Source of the DNA: a virus
Reading direction: 5' to 3' (one strand)
Virus record (IMG/VR): IMGVR_UViG_3300031760_000017
DNA length: 64,000 nucleotides
Made by a program: the position numbers and the translations under genes. Positions 8,913-21,600 of the stretch are shown one piece after another (position 1 is the first letter of the stretch; the number at the start of each line of letters is the position of its first letter). Below the pieces are notes generated by a model. The model was not told the origin of the DNA and made no database searches. It was given only the letters and a program-made list of their open reading frames with translations.

Positions 8913-10181
8913 TTACTCACCTAAGATTGTGCCATCGACATACTCAAGACGTTTTACAACAAAATCACGTATCTGCAAAATGTTGTTGTCCGTCTTTCCG
9001 GGGATCGTAATAAAAGCCCCGTCTGCTGTTGTCTCTGCATAATCCTCGGCATAAAGATATGGCGGAATCTGGCTTATGAACTTGTCGAACTCTCCGAGAA
9101 TATTTCCGGCAGAAAGTACGGTTTCTCTAAGTTCCTGATACCTTGCTATTACATCGCTCTGGAAAAGATTCCAAATACGATAATGCAGGTAGTTGTCCTC
9201 TTGAAACTGCGTATATCCGTTATAATTCTCTTGGAAGATTGTGTTATAAGGACGCCATGTTACTTCTTCCTGTCGCACAAGTCCGGTCATTCCCCACGTA
9301 GAATCCAAATCGTACAAACCTGTGTACCACTGTTCTGCATCATACGTAAAAAATGTCTGATTCTTTGCGATCAGGTCAATGGCACATATAGCCCTTACGA
9401 ATATATGCATATCAATGAGCGATTGCAGGTCAATCTTTGAATCTATCCCGGCTATAAACTGCGCATCTGTTGAATTACATATAAACGCCAGTACGGAAGT
9501 CCAACTATCGGCAATGACTGTTGGCATTTCATCGTGAAGTTCATCAGACCATTTTCCATTCATTGTCGGCTGTCTGAAAAACATCGTGTTATCATCAGCA
9601 AGCCCATCTGTCTGAATAATGCAGTTTGTTTCCTCGTCAGAATCCACACCGTACATACCGTCTTTCGGTAAATTCCATGTATAAAGACCATAGTATACAC
9701 CGTTGTGGTAGACCTTGACCGGGAATCCATCAATCGCAAGATTGCTCTTTCTCAGCGTAGCAGGTAGGGATGCAAAATTACTCCTTGACCTGACTGCCTG
9801 TGACCAAAGACGGGCATTAACAATATTTCTTGCATGGCTGTGGTCTATCCAGTTTGCTTTAAGGACAAACTTATTTCTAGGTTTATCCCAATCTCTGAAA
9901 AGACGTTTGCTCTTTGATTTTCTTGCGCTGTCTGTAAAAAGATTTATCGTGTAATTTTTCTTTGGATAGTAGGCAGATGAATCTCCTTGTACTTTAGCTG
10001 TAGCGTAATCCGTGAATGATTCCGTTGCGCTCTTGTATGTTATCTTAATGTTGCTCTTGCCTTCTGTCTTTGTCGCATACAGTTCACCCTCGATGGACAC
10101 AACTGGAATATCACCGTCATTGGGTTCATATCCGCCTACGTTTACAATATTTCCATGATAATCATAAATATAAGCCATCAT
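8913..10181 (-). CDS. CotH kinase-like family protein (tail-associated)
   Basis: YYPKKNYTINLFTDS..LKANWIDHSHARNIVNARLWSQ..YNGVYYGLYTWNLPKD..DLDSTWG are typical CotH-family motifs; no internal TAG. Confidence 0.85.
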   Translation of the reverse strand: MMAYIYDYHGNIVNVGGYEPNDGDIPVVSIEGELYATKTEGKSNIKITYKSATESFTDYATAKVQGDSSAYYPKKNYTINLFTDSARKSKSKRLFRDWDKPRNKFVLKANWIDHSHARNIVNARLWSQAVRSRSNFASLPATLRKSNLAIDGFPVKVYHNGVYYGLYTWNLPKDGMYGVDSDEETNCIIQTDGLADDNTMFFRQPTMNGKWSDELHDEMPTVIADSWTSVLAFICNSTDAQFIAGIDSKIDLQSLIDMHIFVRAICAIDLIAKNQTFFTYDAEQWYTGLYDLDSTWGMTGLVRQEEVTWRPYNTIFQENYNGYTQFQEDNYLHYRIWNLFQSDVIARYQELRETVLSAGNILGEFDKFISQIPPYLYAEDYAETTADGAFITIPGKTDNNILQIRDFVVKRLEYVDGTILGE

Positions 10182-10189
10182 ATCACCCC

Positions 10190-11014
10190 TTAAACAGTAA
10201 TATTCGTTCCGACAAGTTCATTGATTTCCTGATTGGATAATGCAACTTTATAGATTTTATAGAAATCTATTGTGCCTGACCACGGTTTAACTGTGCCACT
10301 TTCAACTATGCCAATCTTATAATTACCTACAGCGTCAGCGGTACTCGTTATAATGTCCTCTAAAGAGTAAACAAGGTCATCATCAACATAACTATGTATC
10401 AATAAGTGCTTTGAAAAGTTTCTTACTACGATAATTATATCGTGCGCAACATCCATACTAAAAGGTGTAGAGTTACCTCCAAGGTTTTTAAATGTTGTCC
10501 GTGTCATAATTTGTTCATTAGATACGGTTGTTGCAATTCTCAAGCCTGTAACGACACTTCCATTTAATCTGGATTTTGCGCTTGCGTCCAGTAGGAATGA
10601 AGCCTCAGTGGTAGGCTCCCACGTCCCCTTTATCAGGATCGTAAAATCCTCGTTATCCATATCATTTCTTGCAGGTACTCCGGTATCGACTGTAAATGCA
10701 CTCATATCTGTTCCATACGGCAACTCATAAATAACCCGGCTGTCTACACTCATGCTGAACAATGCATCTTTCAGGGCTTTGCCGTACTTCTCACCGTCCT
10801 CGGTATCCCAATATACATGCTCAAAACAGTCTATAAGGGCTGTCTTTACATTATCCGGCATAATGCTATATGCGGGAATTACAAGACCGTCTGAGCCGAT
10901 AGCAAGCACCCTCCCGGCATTTATAGCTCCCTGCTGTTTGTCAACTTTCTGACCATTTGAAATAGCTTCAATAAGTGCGTCAACCTTTGCACCTTCCCAA
11001 ATATTAACTGCCAT
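10190..11014 (-). CDS. LamG/concanavalin-like domain protein, probable tail/receptor-binding component
   Basis: FSMDVAHDIIIVVRNFSKHLLIHSYVDDDLVYSLEDI...AVGNYKIGIVESGTVKPWSGTIDFYKIYKVALSNQEI. Confidence 0.65.
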   Translation of the reverse strand: MAVNIWEGAKVDALIEAISNGQKVDKQQGAINAGRVLAIGSDGLVIPAYSIMPDNVKTALIDCFEHVYWDTEDGEKYGKALKDALFSMSVDSRVIYELPYGTDMSAFTVDTGVPARNDMDNEDFTILIKGTWEPTTEASFLLDASAKSRLNGSVVTGLRIATTVSNEQIMTRTTFKNLGGNSTPFSMDVAHDIIIVVRNFSKHLLIHSYVDDDLVYSLEDIITSTADAVGNYKIGIVESGTVKPWSGTIDFYKIYKVALSNQEINELVGTNITV

Positions 11015-12087
11015 TATACACCTCCGTTATATGTAACCGTTGTTTCGAGTGTTGTAAGATTGGTTACGATTGTCAGTGATTCTCCTGTGTTCAGCGTTCG
11101 GACTTCTGTTATTGTTCCAGTACCATAAGTAAAAGCGTCCGTTCTTATAGCTACCGAATTACGACTGTGAGTAACCTGAGAAACCTTCCCATCGGTGAAC
11201 GTATATGCCTGAGTTGTATCAGGAACATCATCACTAAGAAGCATTAACTTATGTGTTAAATCCCCGGTAGTGCTGACCCATGCATTCCATGTAGAAGTAA
11301 ATGCACTATATGTTCTAACCCATACTTCTATGCTTGTTCTTCCCGACTTGTAAGTATAGGTCAACCGCTGAAACGTCCTACCTACATTGTTTCCAAAAAC
11401 TTCATGCCAAACTTCCAAAATTCCATGCTCACTATCGGCAGTAGGTTTGTGAAGATATGAATTATCAGTGTGAAGCATATACACACCGGGAGTCAATACG
11501 GTATTCAAGTCCGTTCCGTCAGCAAGCCTTTGAGGTTCTGTTAATGCACCTAAATCAGCCTTTATTTCCGTAAACTCATCTCCAACAGCTTTCGCATCAG
11601 CTGCAGTTCCAGTTATAGAAAGCGTATCATCTACTTCAATTTGTTTAGCATCAATAGCAGCATTTACTTCGGCTTTCGTATAAGTATTTGATGCGTTTGC
11701 TTTCTTATTTAACTCTGTTTTAACTGCCAACGCATCTGCAGCGGCACCTTCAATAGTTAAAGTTTTATCAACAATAACCGCACTTCCTACAGGATTTACA
11801 TTATCATCTAACCAATCAGTAGTATCCGCACTAATTTGTTTTCTTAAAAAATCATTTAATCTTGAATTAAATTCATTAGTGCTAATTTTATCTCCATCCA
11901 ATTCATCAATCTGATGTTGGAGATTTCCTTTTCCAGAAGAAGAAATATCGACACTTCCTAAAGCATCTAATAAAGTATGATTATTTTCATCCCACTAAAC
12001 ATTTTGGACATTCACACTAATAGGAATTTCTCCAGTATAAGTGCCATTCTTTTGCTTTATTTTTATAGCCTTTATTTTATCAGCCAT
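11014..12087 (-). CDS. Baseplate/tail fibre receptor-binding-type protein; one TAG in the N-terminal part only
   Basis: Reverse-strand ATG at 12087 gives MADKIKAIKIKQKNGTYTGEIPISVNVQNV-Q-WDENNHTLLDALGS..., continuous with ORF 11014-11901. C-terminal part is AINAKQIEVDDTLSITG-type tail fibre sequence. Confidence 0.75.
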
Positions 12088-12106
12088 AAAACTTCTTCCT
12101 CCTTTC

Positions 12107-12424
12107 TTAAACATAATTTTCTAATTTATTAAAAATTTTATTAGTCACATATATAATTTCATCTCTATAAGTTGAAATTAAATCCGCAACTAACTCCTAT
12201 TGTTCAATAGTAAGATTTACATTATAAGAAAACATTGCAGCATGTGTAATTTCATGACATAAAACTTTCCTTAATAGTTTACCAGTTAGCGTCTCATTTA
12301 TGTATATAGTTCTAGTCAAATTATCACATGCACCTATTGAAAAATCTCCAGACTTTCTTCTTAAAAGAGGAAAGTCTGGAGATACAAAAGCAAGTTTCCA
12401 ATATGTGTTATTTATTAAAAACAT
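12107..12424 (-). CDS. Small zinc metallopeptidase-like protein (HExxH), TAG-recoded C-terminus
   Basis: RKVLCHEITHAAMFSYNV; TAG at 12197-12199 read through to TAA (12107-12109). Confidence 0.65.
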
Positions 12425-12451
12425 TAAGAAATTTTGTTTGCTAGCGTTGTC

Positions 12452-12611
12452 ATTTTTTGACGTAAGGTTTATTACCCATATAATTATTATATGGGGTGTT
12501 GCTCAATAACATGTTATTGCTCCCATAAGGAAATTGTACTTGCGGTTGCCCCATCATTCCGCTCATAAGCTGAGGCTGTTGCAAATAGTTAGAATTATTG
12601 TAATTTGCCAT
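12452..12611 (-). CDS. Hypothetical Gln/Asn/Met-rich small protein
   Basis: MANYNNNSNYLQQPQLMSGMMGQPQVQFPYGSNNMLLSNTPYN...; end coordinate approximate. Confidence 0.45.
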
Positions 12612-12759
12612 TACTTTCCTCCAATCGAGATCTCTTTTTACTTTTTGAATTATTTAACAGTTACTAAATTTTCGCGAAAAAAGAAAGAGTTTTTTCTTTC
12701 CACATATATATAAAAATTTCTACTATTAAATTAATTACATTTGACCAAAAAATTGAGTT

Positions 12760-12788
12760 GACAAAAATAAAAATTTTTTGTATAATAC
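12760..12788 (+). promoter_or_regulatory. Consensus sigma70-type promoter TTGACA-N17-TATAAT
   Basis: TTGACA 12760-12765, 17-nt spacer, TATAAT 12783-12788, upstream of the RuvC-like CDS. Confidence 0.8.
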
Positions 12789-12810
12789 AGATAAGAAAGA
12801 GGTGTAATTT

Positions 12811-13299
12811 ATGAAAATATTATCATTAGATTTATCAACAAAATCTTCTGGTTGGTGTGTAGGAGAAGATGGAGTTATAAAATCTCACGGATGCATTACC
12901 GCATCATCAAAAGATGTGATTCAAAGAATTATAAAGATGCGGAGTTAGTTATCTGCAATTATATAGAAAAATAAAATAGATAAAATTGTTATGGAATAGG
13001 TACGACCTGACTTTAATTCACATACGAGTAAGGTATTAATGTGGCTTCAAGCAGCAATTGCAATTGCCGCACACTAGATTAATCCGAAGATTTAGTTTTA
13101 GTTCATCGGACCTAGTGAATGGCGTGCCGCATTAAAATTTAAGCAAGGTCGCGGAGTAAAAAGAGATAATTTAAAATCACAAGATATACAATATGTTAAA
13201 GATAAATATAGCACAGATGTAAATGATGACTAGGCAGACGCAATATGTCTTTTTGACGCTTATTCAGAAAAATTTGATAATGAAATAAATTGGGAATAA
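12811..13299 (+). CDS. RuvC-like / RNase H-fold Holliday junction resolvase, TAG-recoded
   Basis: MKILSLDLSTKSSGWCVGEDG...IVMEQVRPDFNSHTSKVLMWLQAAIAIAAHQINP...DQADAICLFDAY. Confidence 0.7.
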
Positions 13300-13333
13300 A
13301 AAAGACTAATCTTATTCAAGATTAGTCTTTTTT
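13298..13333. terminator. Bidirectional intrinsic terminator
   Basis: Perfect 16-bp stem AAAAAAGACTAATCTT-ATTC-AAGATTAGTCTTTTTT between convergent genes. Confidence 0.85.
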
Positions 13334-13339
13334 ATTTTA

Positions 13340-13576
13340 TTATTCTTCTTCTTTTTTATCCTATTCTTTTAAATCATCTAAAGGAATCTTATTAACCTTT
13401 CTAGATTTCATAGATTGAACAGTATAATCATTCTAAATCTTCTGTTTTTTTACTATTTTCCAAATCTATTGAAATAAAAAGAATTTAATTAAAAAAGGAA
13501 GCTATGATTTATTAAACTCCTAAATAATTTTCTATTGAAAATTATAACACATTAAATTATAATCATTTTCATTCAT
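13340..13576 (-). CDS. Small hypothetical protein, TAG-recoded
   Basis: Reverse-strand ATG 13576 to TAA 13340 with multiple TAGs; fits the operon. Confidence 0.4.
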
Positions 13577-13603
13577 TTTTAATACCTCTTATCTATAATT
13601 ATA

Positions 13604-16600
13604 TCAATCTATATAACCAACCCATCCTCTATACGGACTACCATATGAATGTCCATCATACCATCTTCCAAGAGCATAACCCCATTCAAAATAAAGAATC
13701 CGAGGAGAACTTGAATCATTTGGATCTGCATGCTCGATCCATATATCTGTAACAATCTGTCCCCAAGAAACTTTTTGATTATCATAAGTAAAATAATCAG
13801 CTTCTAATTCTTCAGTTGAAAGATAATCTGATCTAATTTGTGAAGCAGTCAAATAATCTGATCTAATTTGTGAAGCAGTTAGATAATTTGCATTAAGAGT
13901 TTGAGTAGAAACATAATTTGCTTTAACTTGATTAAATTCTGCTTTATCAGCATATAATGTATCACATTTTATAATCATCTTATCAGTCAAACTTCCAGAA
14001 TAATAACTGTTGGTCATATCACTAGCCATAACAGTATTAGGATCTAACCAAGAGTCACCTGAGCCTCCTATAGTAAAACCATATCCATTTAAGGACTGTC
14101 CACTCATAACCTATCCATAAATTTTCCCAAAATAAGCATCTCCATTTGCGCTAATAGACCAAGAAGGACCAGATATACTACCCTCATAATCAAGAGAAAG
14201 ATTACCAGCTTTTAAATCATAAGTATTAATATTCCATCCGCCTATCTGTCCGGAGCTTGCATTTATCTCGCCTGATAAATTTACATTAGATGCTGTTAGA
14301 TTACCATTATTATCAACAGAAAATCTAGAACCAAGAGCAATTTCATCAGTTCCAATATAAACGCTTCTATTATTTCCTTTTGTTCCAAAAGAAATTGAAC
14401 TTAAATTAGCTGTAAAATCTCCTTTAATAGTCCAATGATTTCCAGATAAATACCCCATTTCTAAAGTCGCAGGTTTTATTGTTCCATTATCTGAATATCT
14501 ATTAGTAAATCTAAAAGAATTTCCTAAAGATAAGCCAAGAGGAGATAAATGAAAACCATCAGCTGTATTAGTTAATTCTGTTTTATTTCCACTATAAATA
14601 CGACTACGATCAGCTTCTAAAGTAATTTTTTGACTATTTAAAGAATTACTTTCAGTACCAATTAATTTAGTACCATTTATAGTCCAACCGCCAATTTGAC
14701 CAGATGTTGCGGTAATTTTCCCACTTAAATCTGTATTAGTAGCAACTAAATTTCCATTAGAATCTACTTTAAAACGTCCTGAACCATATCTTATTTCAGG
14801 TTTTGTTAAATCAATTAATAAACCTTGACCTTTTTCATTACTAGATGTATAATTAGATGGTAAGCCATTTTCATTATAATTTTTCCAAAAATTACCACTA
14901 TATAATAAAGCATGACTAGTACTTGGATCTATTACAATTTGCCCATTGTTAGCTTTTCCAAATAACGCAGAACCATTTTCACTATTTAAAAAGAAAGTTC
15001 TATCACCTTTATTATATCCTAATAATCCAATGTCAGGAGCAGTCTTATCTGGATTTTTAACTTCACCCATTAAAACTCCAGTAAAACTATTATCATTTTC
15101 TTTTTTACCTGCGCCCATTTGCGGAGCTAAGATATAACCACCCTTATCATCTAATTGAATACTGTTGCCATCCCAAGCGTTAATATGAGCTAATCCATAT
15201 TTATTTAATAAGAAATGAATAGGAATATGAATTCTAGCAATAACCTAATTATTATTAACACTTTTAACAGTACATACTAAAGCATTATTAACACACTAGC
15301 CGCTATACCTTGAAGCTGGTCGACATATGCATTGATTCTTTTGTAAATTTTTAGTATAATAACTCTAAGTTAATAACTCTAAATCATGAGAATCGTTATT
15401 ATAAGGAAACTAATCATACTAACCTACTTCAATCTAATGTGTCTGTATTATATTTATAACATCACCATTAACTGAATAACTAAAATTAACTGCATGACTT
15501 CCAGAAACTAATGATATATCTTCCCATTTATTATTTATTTTTTCTTTAATAATAAATTCAAAAGGTTTAGAATTGTCATATTGAGGAGATAAACCATCAG
15601 AACTATACATGACATATCTAAATCCAGTATAATCTTTTAATTCAATTCTATAATTATCATTTTTAACCCATGCAGTTGCAATAGGCAATGTACTATAATA
15701 TGAGTGCTGATTATAAGTTATTGTGCATTTTAGAATATCTGCTAATGTTTGCGTAAAAGTAGTGTCTATTGGATGTGCTGTTGTATTCACATATGAAATA
15801 AGTCCAGTATTAGCATTTACAATATTAAAAGAACTTTCATCAGTAAAATTTGTTTTATAAAAATTCTTTAACATGTTCCAAGTTACAGAACTAGGACTAG
15901 TTACACCATCTTTTGGATTTGCGGCAGTTGAAGTTCCTTCCCAAATCAAATCTCCACTTTGCCATAGCTGAGCTTTAAATAAGGTTTTTCCAACATTAAA
16001 TCCTGCAGTTTGCTACTATCCAGTTCCGCTTGCCGCAAAATTAATAATATAAGAATTAGAATCTCCTATTGCTGTTAAAGTAGGGTAAATAGGTAATATT
16101 TTTGCTGTACTATTTGGAACAATTTTCACAATATATTGGGTCCCATTTGTACCAGGTTCTCCCTATTTTACAAAAGTAAAGTTAGTTTTTGCAACTAAAT
16201 TAATCTACTTATAAGTTACAAATAATTCAATCTGATTATTTAATTTTTTTACATCATATTTTTGTGCAATATCATAAACTAAAGTATCTAAATTTGAATA
16301 ATATCTATAACCTTCCTATTCAACTGCCCATGTTTTATTGTTTTTGTCAACTAATAAAGTATTTTCAATAGGAATTTTCCAAGTAACTTGTCTTTTCTTT
16401 ATATCATCAGTAATATCATTCCCTAAATTATCATATACCTTAAAAGTTAAAGCTAAAATCTATTGCGGATCATCTAAACTTTTACTATTAGGCGCAATAC
16501 CATTCTAATTATATTTATATGATGCAGAGCCATTTTCAATAATTAGTGAATATATATTTTCCGCCTATAAAGAATTACTTAAAGTAATTGAAGCTGTTCC

Positions 16601-18295
16601 TATATAATTATGATTTAAATCTTCTACCGTACATTTAAATATAGCAAATCCATCTATTGCATTAACTTGTAAATCATAAATTTTATTTTTACTTACTCTT
16701 TGTGTATATTTAAAATTAGAAAGAGTAGTTTCATAATTATTTAGTTCTTGTTGTGCTTCATTTTTAAATCTAGTTCCAGCTTGAATACTATTTTTTAATG
16801 ACTGCAAAGCATTATAAGTAGTTGTATAGTTATTATTTAATTCAGTCGTTGTTTCTAAAGCTTCTAATCCACAGTTATTATTTTGCCAAGCCCAATAGTA
16901 ATTATAATTTTGTATATTTTCAACTCCATTTACTTTACAAGTTAATGTTGGATGTCCAATATCATAATAAAATTGAGTGCCACTATCTGACTATATTATA
17001 ATATCTGCCGCATTAGCTTGTAAATTTTGAATTGTGATTTCCTTAGAAATAACTGTATTATCATATAAAACCGCAACTTTTAATTTATTTTCTCTTGCAG
17101 TTGCATCTTCTCGATAAACTATATAAGTACTATCTCCAGGCACCCATTCTATTTGAGGAGCTTGAGTTGCAGTTCCAGGTGAAATAATATTTTTTTCATT
17201 TACACATTTCCAACCGCGTCCTAAATGTTGATTATAATACTAACTATTTGCAAAAATACCAACATTTTCTTTTCCCCAATAGAAAGATAAATTTTGAGAA
17301 TCTGATACTAATTTTCCTTTTATTCTTACCTGTGCGGTAACTATTAATTCTTCTTTTGGAGAAGGATTTGTAGCTTGTTTAAAGAAAATACCTTTTGGAG
17401 TATAAAATGAAATAGATATTCCATTATTTTCTTCATCGCTTTTTCTTATAGCACCTAAAATTTCAACAGAAGAAATAAAGATATTTACTCCATTATCTGT
17501 TGATCTTAAAGGATAATGCTAAGGTGTCCCGGATGCTGAATTAGGAAAATCCTAGCAAAAGATTTCAATAGAATCAATTCTAACAAAGTTTTCTCCATCT
17601 ATTTCAAAAATCTAATATTGTCTAGTATTATGTTCAAATCTATAAGGATTACCTGTCATATTATCTTCATCAAGCGTATAGCTTTTAATTATCTATTTAG
17701 AATTTCCATTAGATTCTAAATTAGAATTATCATTAAATACTAAATTAAAAGTTATACCATAATGACCTTGATATTGTTCCTATAATGGAATAGTATTTCT
17801 TATAGTCATTCCTGCAATTAAAGAAGATGCTTTTTTAATATATTGATTTAAAGCATCATTATCTAATTTTAGCGGTGATGAGCTAACTCCATATTTATAA
17901 ATAACATAACTATATTTCTTATATTTTGTAGCTAAATAATAAATGCCGCTTGTTGTAACGCAATTCTTACCTAATATATCATATGCCTACTATCCAACCG
18001 CTTCAGAAACATAGTTAATTCCAAGTTTCTAAGTTGTACCAAGAATAGTTTTATCTTTGCTCATATCATTTCCTGGAACTAAAATATAAACATATGCACC
18101 TTTAGAATAAGTAATATCTGCCGAACCCGCATACGCAAAAAAAGTTGTATCTTGATAACGACATTTATATTTTCCTATTGTCGCATCTTCACAAGAAATA
18201 ATTTGAGCTTGAATAGTTTTATCATATCCAGCTTTTTTTATTGAATTATTAGTTAATAATTCAATCGCGTCTAAAATTTTCTAATTAACGCCCAT
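13604..18295 (-). CDS. Very long tail fibre / minor structural protein (about 1563 aa), heavily TAG-recoded
   Basis: Reverse-strand ATG 18295 (MGVN-Q-KILDAIELLTNN...). ORFs 16565-16807, 15434-15949, 14111-15118 and 13604-14107 are one frame separated by TAG. Repeated 'LTASQIRSDYLTASQIRSDYL' and 'GQIGGWTI/WNI' motifs typical of fibre proteins. Confidence 0.8.
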
Positions 18296-18383
18296 CTTTT
18301 ATCTCCTTATATCTCTTGTCTTTTATATTATAACATAAATTTTTTATTTCTTCAAACCAGTTTAAAGAATATTATGTTAAATT

Positions 18384-18548
18384 TCATATTTTTCTTGTTT
18401 TTAGAACTCCATCATAATTATATCTAGTTATCTAAAAAAAATCTTGTTTTGAAATTTTTTCTTCTTTAACTAAATTTATCATATCTATGAGTTCATAAGC
18501 TCCACAATTCCATTTTTCTTGAATTTTAATTAAATTAAATTCTTTCAT
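18384..18548 (-). CDS. Small hypothetical protein, TAG-recoded
   Basis: MKEFNLIKIQEKWNCGAYELIDMINLVKEEKISKQDFF-Q-ITRYNYDGVLKTRKI*. Confidence 0.45.
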
Positions 18549-18611
18549 TTATTTCTCCTTTTAAACAATAAAATAAGGAAATAGTATTAAAATACTATTT
18601 CCTTATTATTT

Positions 18612-21600
18612 TTATTTTCTTCTCATAGCACGTTGAGCCGCTAAATTAACTAAATCATTTAAAGCTTCTTCAATCTATTGTTTACTATTTACAGCAGGGA
18701 AAGATGCTGAAATCTGAACTTTTTGATCAATAACATCACTAAGAGTTGAAGCTGAATTTAAAGAAAATCTATCAGTAGAGATTTTCCCAATTTTATTTAA
18801 TAAAGATGTTCCTATATTTTTTGTAATAGATCTTAAAATAGAAACACTATTTAAAATATTTCTAGTATCTTCTGAATTTAAAACTAATTCTTTTTCATCC
18901 AATATTGCTAAACGACCTTGTTTTGAATTCCAACTTCCTGTATATCCACCTGTATCATATCTTTTTATTTTTCTATTATAAAGTCCAACAGGATCATTTA
19001 TATTCATATGAAGAACGTCATGATTATCTAAATGTCTAAGATCTCCAACTCTATTGCTATTATAATCATAGACTCCATTATCAGCTCCTCTTCCCCATCT
19101 ATAATGATTTTCTGAGCCATTAGGATAATATGTTTCAGATTCAGGCTCTTCATAAGAAACAGTATCTTGCATTCTGTTTAAAGCATCTTGATAGCGGTCA
19201 GCAGCAGACTACATTCTACTAGCATTAGCTTCTGCATTACTTGCTAAAGCATCTAAAGCCGCTTGAGCTTCATTACTATAATCCCAATCAGCATCCGCCA
19301 TTCGAATCCTCATATCTTCATAAGTCTGCGCAGTTGCCTAAGCTGATGCGGCAGCCTATTGCTAAGCTTGAACGAAATCATATAATTGAGTAACTGCATT
19401 TGCCGCAGCTGTATAAACAGAATCATAATCATAAACAAGAGCTTGAGCAGCATCTCTTAAATCTTGAATAGCAGATAATTCATCAGCCATTCTATTGATT
19501 AAATCATCATTAACTTCAATTAATCCAGTAAATTCATCTATTAAATTATCTACTCCATTTTGAACATCATTTAAATCTATACCAGCAGTATTAGCTAAAC
19601 TATCAAGTTCTTGCTAATAATTAAAAGTAGCCTCATGAATCTCTTCAAAAGCTTCTTGACAAGATGGTATAAAACCGCCCTATCCCGCAACTTTATCAGA
19701 CATCTATTGAATACCGCTATTCCATGCTGGAACTAAATCGCCCATTAGAATACCTTTTTCATCATCTGTCATCTTTTGATAATTTGCAACATCTATGTTA
19801 TAAATTGCGGCAATCTCATTAAAAGCAGATTCAGTTAGATTTTTTCTAATATCAGAATTTTGTTGAGCTTTATTATTAATATATTCTCCATATTGCTCTT
19901 TTAATAAAGCTAGCTATCTAACTCTTTCTTCTTCTGTTAAAGAAGTATCAGTAACTATATCTTTATATTTCTATTGGAAATCTCTCCAAGCAGAAAGCAT
20001 TTCCTATAAATTATTTTGATAACGCTATTTATCAAAATTATATAATTCATTTTGAGCACTAATTAATCCTTGTTCAGCATCAAAAATACCATTTTGATCA
20101 GCAACATATTGATAAGAATAGTTACCTTGTGAATCACGTTTTAATCTTAAAGAAGTTTTACTTGCTCTTATATCTTCTAAAGCAATTCGTGCTTGTTCAA
20201 TTTGAAGCATCTTCTACGCTCTATCTACATCATATTGAGTAATCTTCTATTTATTCTTTAAATTATCTAATTGCTCATCCATAACTTTCTTTAAAGCTTG
20301 TTGATGTTTCAATTGATTTGGATTATTTAATGATTTTTGGAACTTATTTTGTAAATCCTGAAGAGCAAAAGCAGCATTAATTGTATCTAAGTATTCATCC
20401 GCATTTTTATTCATTAAATCCCATTCATCACTTAAATAATCAGTACCTTTTCCGTCTGTAATTTTCTTATCTAGCTAATCAAAAATTTTATCAATAGCAT
20501 TACTGTATTTTTCACTGATTGTTTTTGCGGAAGTTTCTATTAAAGAATTGATTTCCTTAATAGCGTTTTTATAATTTTCTTCAAATTGTTTTGCCGCATT
20601 AGTATCTCCCGCTAATAAAGCTTGCTACCATTCTTGTTTCCAAAAAGCAATCTATTTTCTTAAAGCATCTATTTGATTATTTTGATTTTTTTCTAATTCA
20701 GCATAATAATTTTCCATAGCTTCATAATTTTCATCACCATAAAGCAATTTTAATAAATCCATATCATGCTAAATTAAATCATTAATAAAATCATAATCAT
20801 CTTGTTGTTTCTCAAATTGTTTAGAAATATCATCAATAGTATCTAAATAAGCTTTATCAATATCCGCAATTAAATCTTCAATATCCTACATTTGTTTCAT
20901 TAATTCGGATAAATCACTTTTTAAATCCGCCATAGCTTGTGCTTTATTATTACCATAAATTGCGGAAGTTCCTTTTTTATCTATATCTTCTATTTCTTTA
21001 CGAGTATTTAATAATTGCTATGTTAATTTTTGAACAGTACCTATTGAACCATTTATATTAAAGAAAGAATCTAAATCCATAACATTTTTAGTAGCATCTT
21101 TAAAAATCTTATCGAAATCAGTATCTTTCATAAAATCAGTTTTATTAATTACATTTCTTACAAACTAATTCCAATCTTTTGCAGCTTCGCCCATCTATAA
21201 TCGAATTTCAAGCTACATTCTAAATTTTTTAATATTAATTTCAATCTACTTTTGGGCAATCTATTCAATCTAATCTACTATATCTTCCATGCTATTTCTT
21301 AAAGAATCATAATCTTTAATTTTAGCTTGAGTATTTTTTAAATCTTCTTGAGCAGATTGCACAGCTTTATCATAAGCTGAAATTTGTTTATCTAATCCTT
21401 CTTTATAAGTTTTATCAGTAGAAGCATTATAAGATTCAATTAAACTATTCTATTCATTTATTAATCTATTAACCGCATCTTGTTTAGCTTGTAATATAGA
21501 CATATAATCATTTATATTTCCATATTCATCAAAAGTAACTCCTAATGAATTTAGAATTTGCTGTTGATTAGCTAAATCTTGTCTTTGAAGCTATTGCTTT

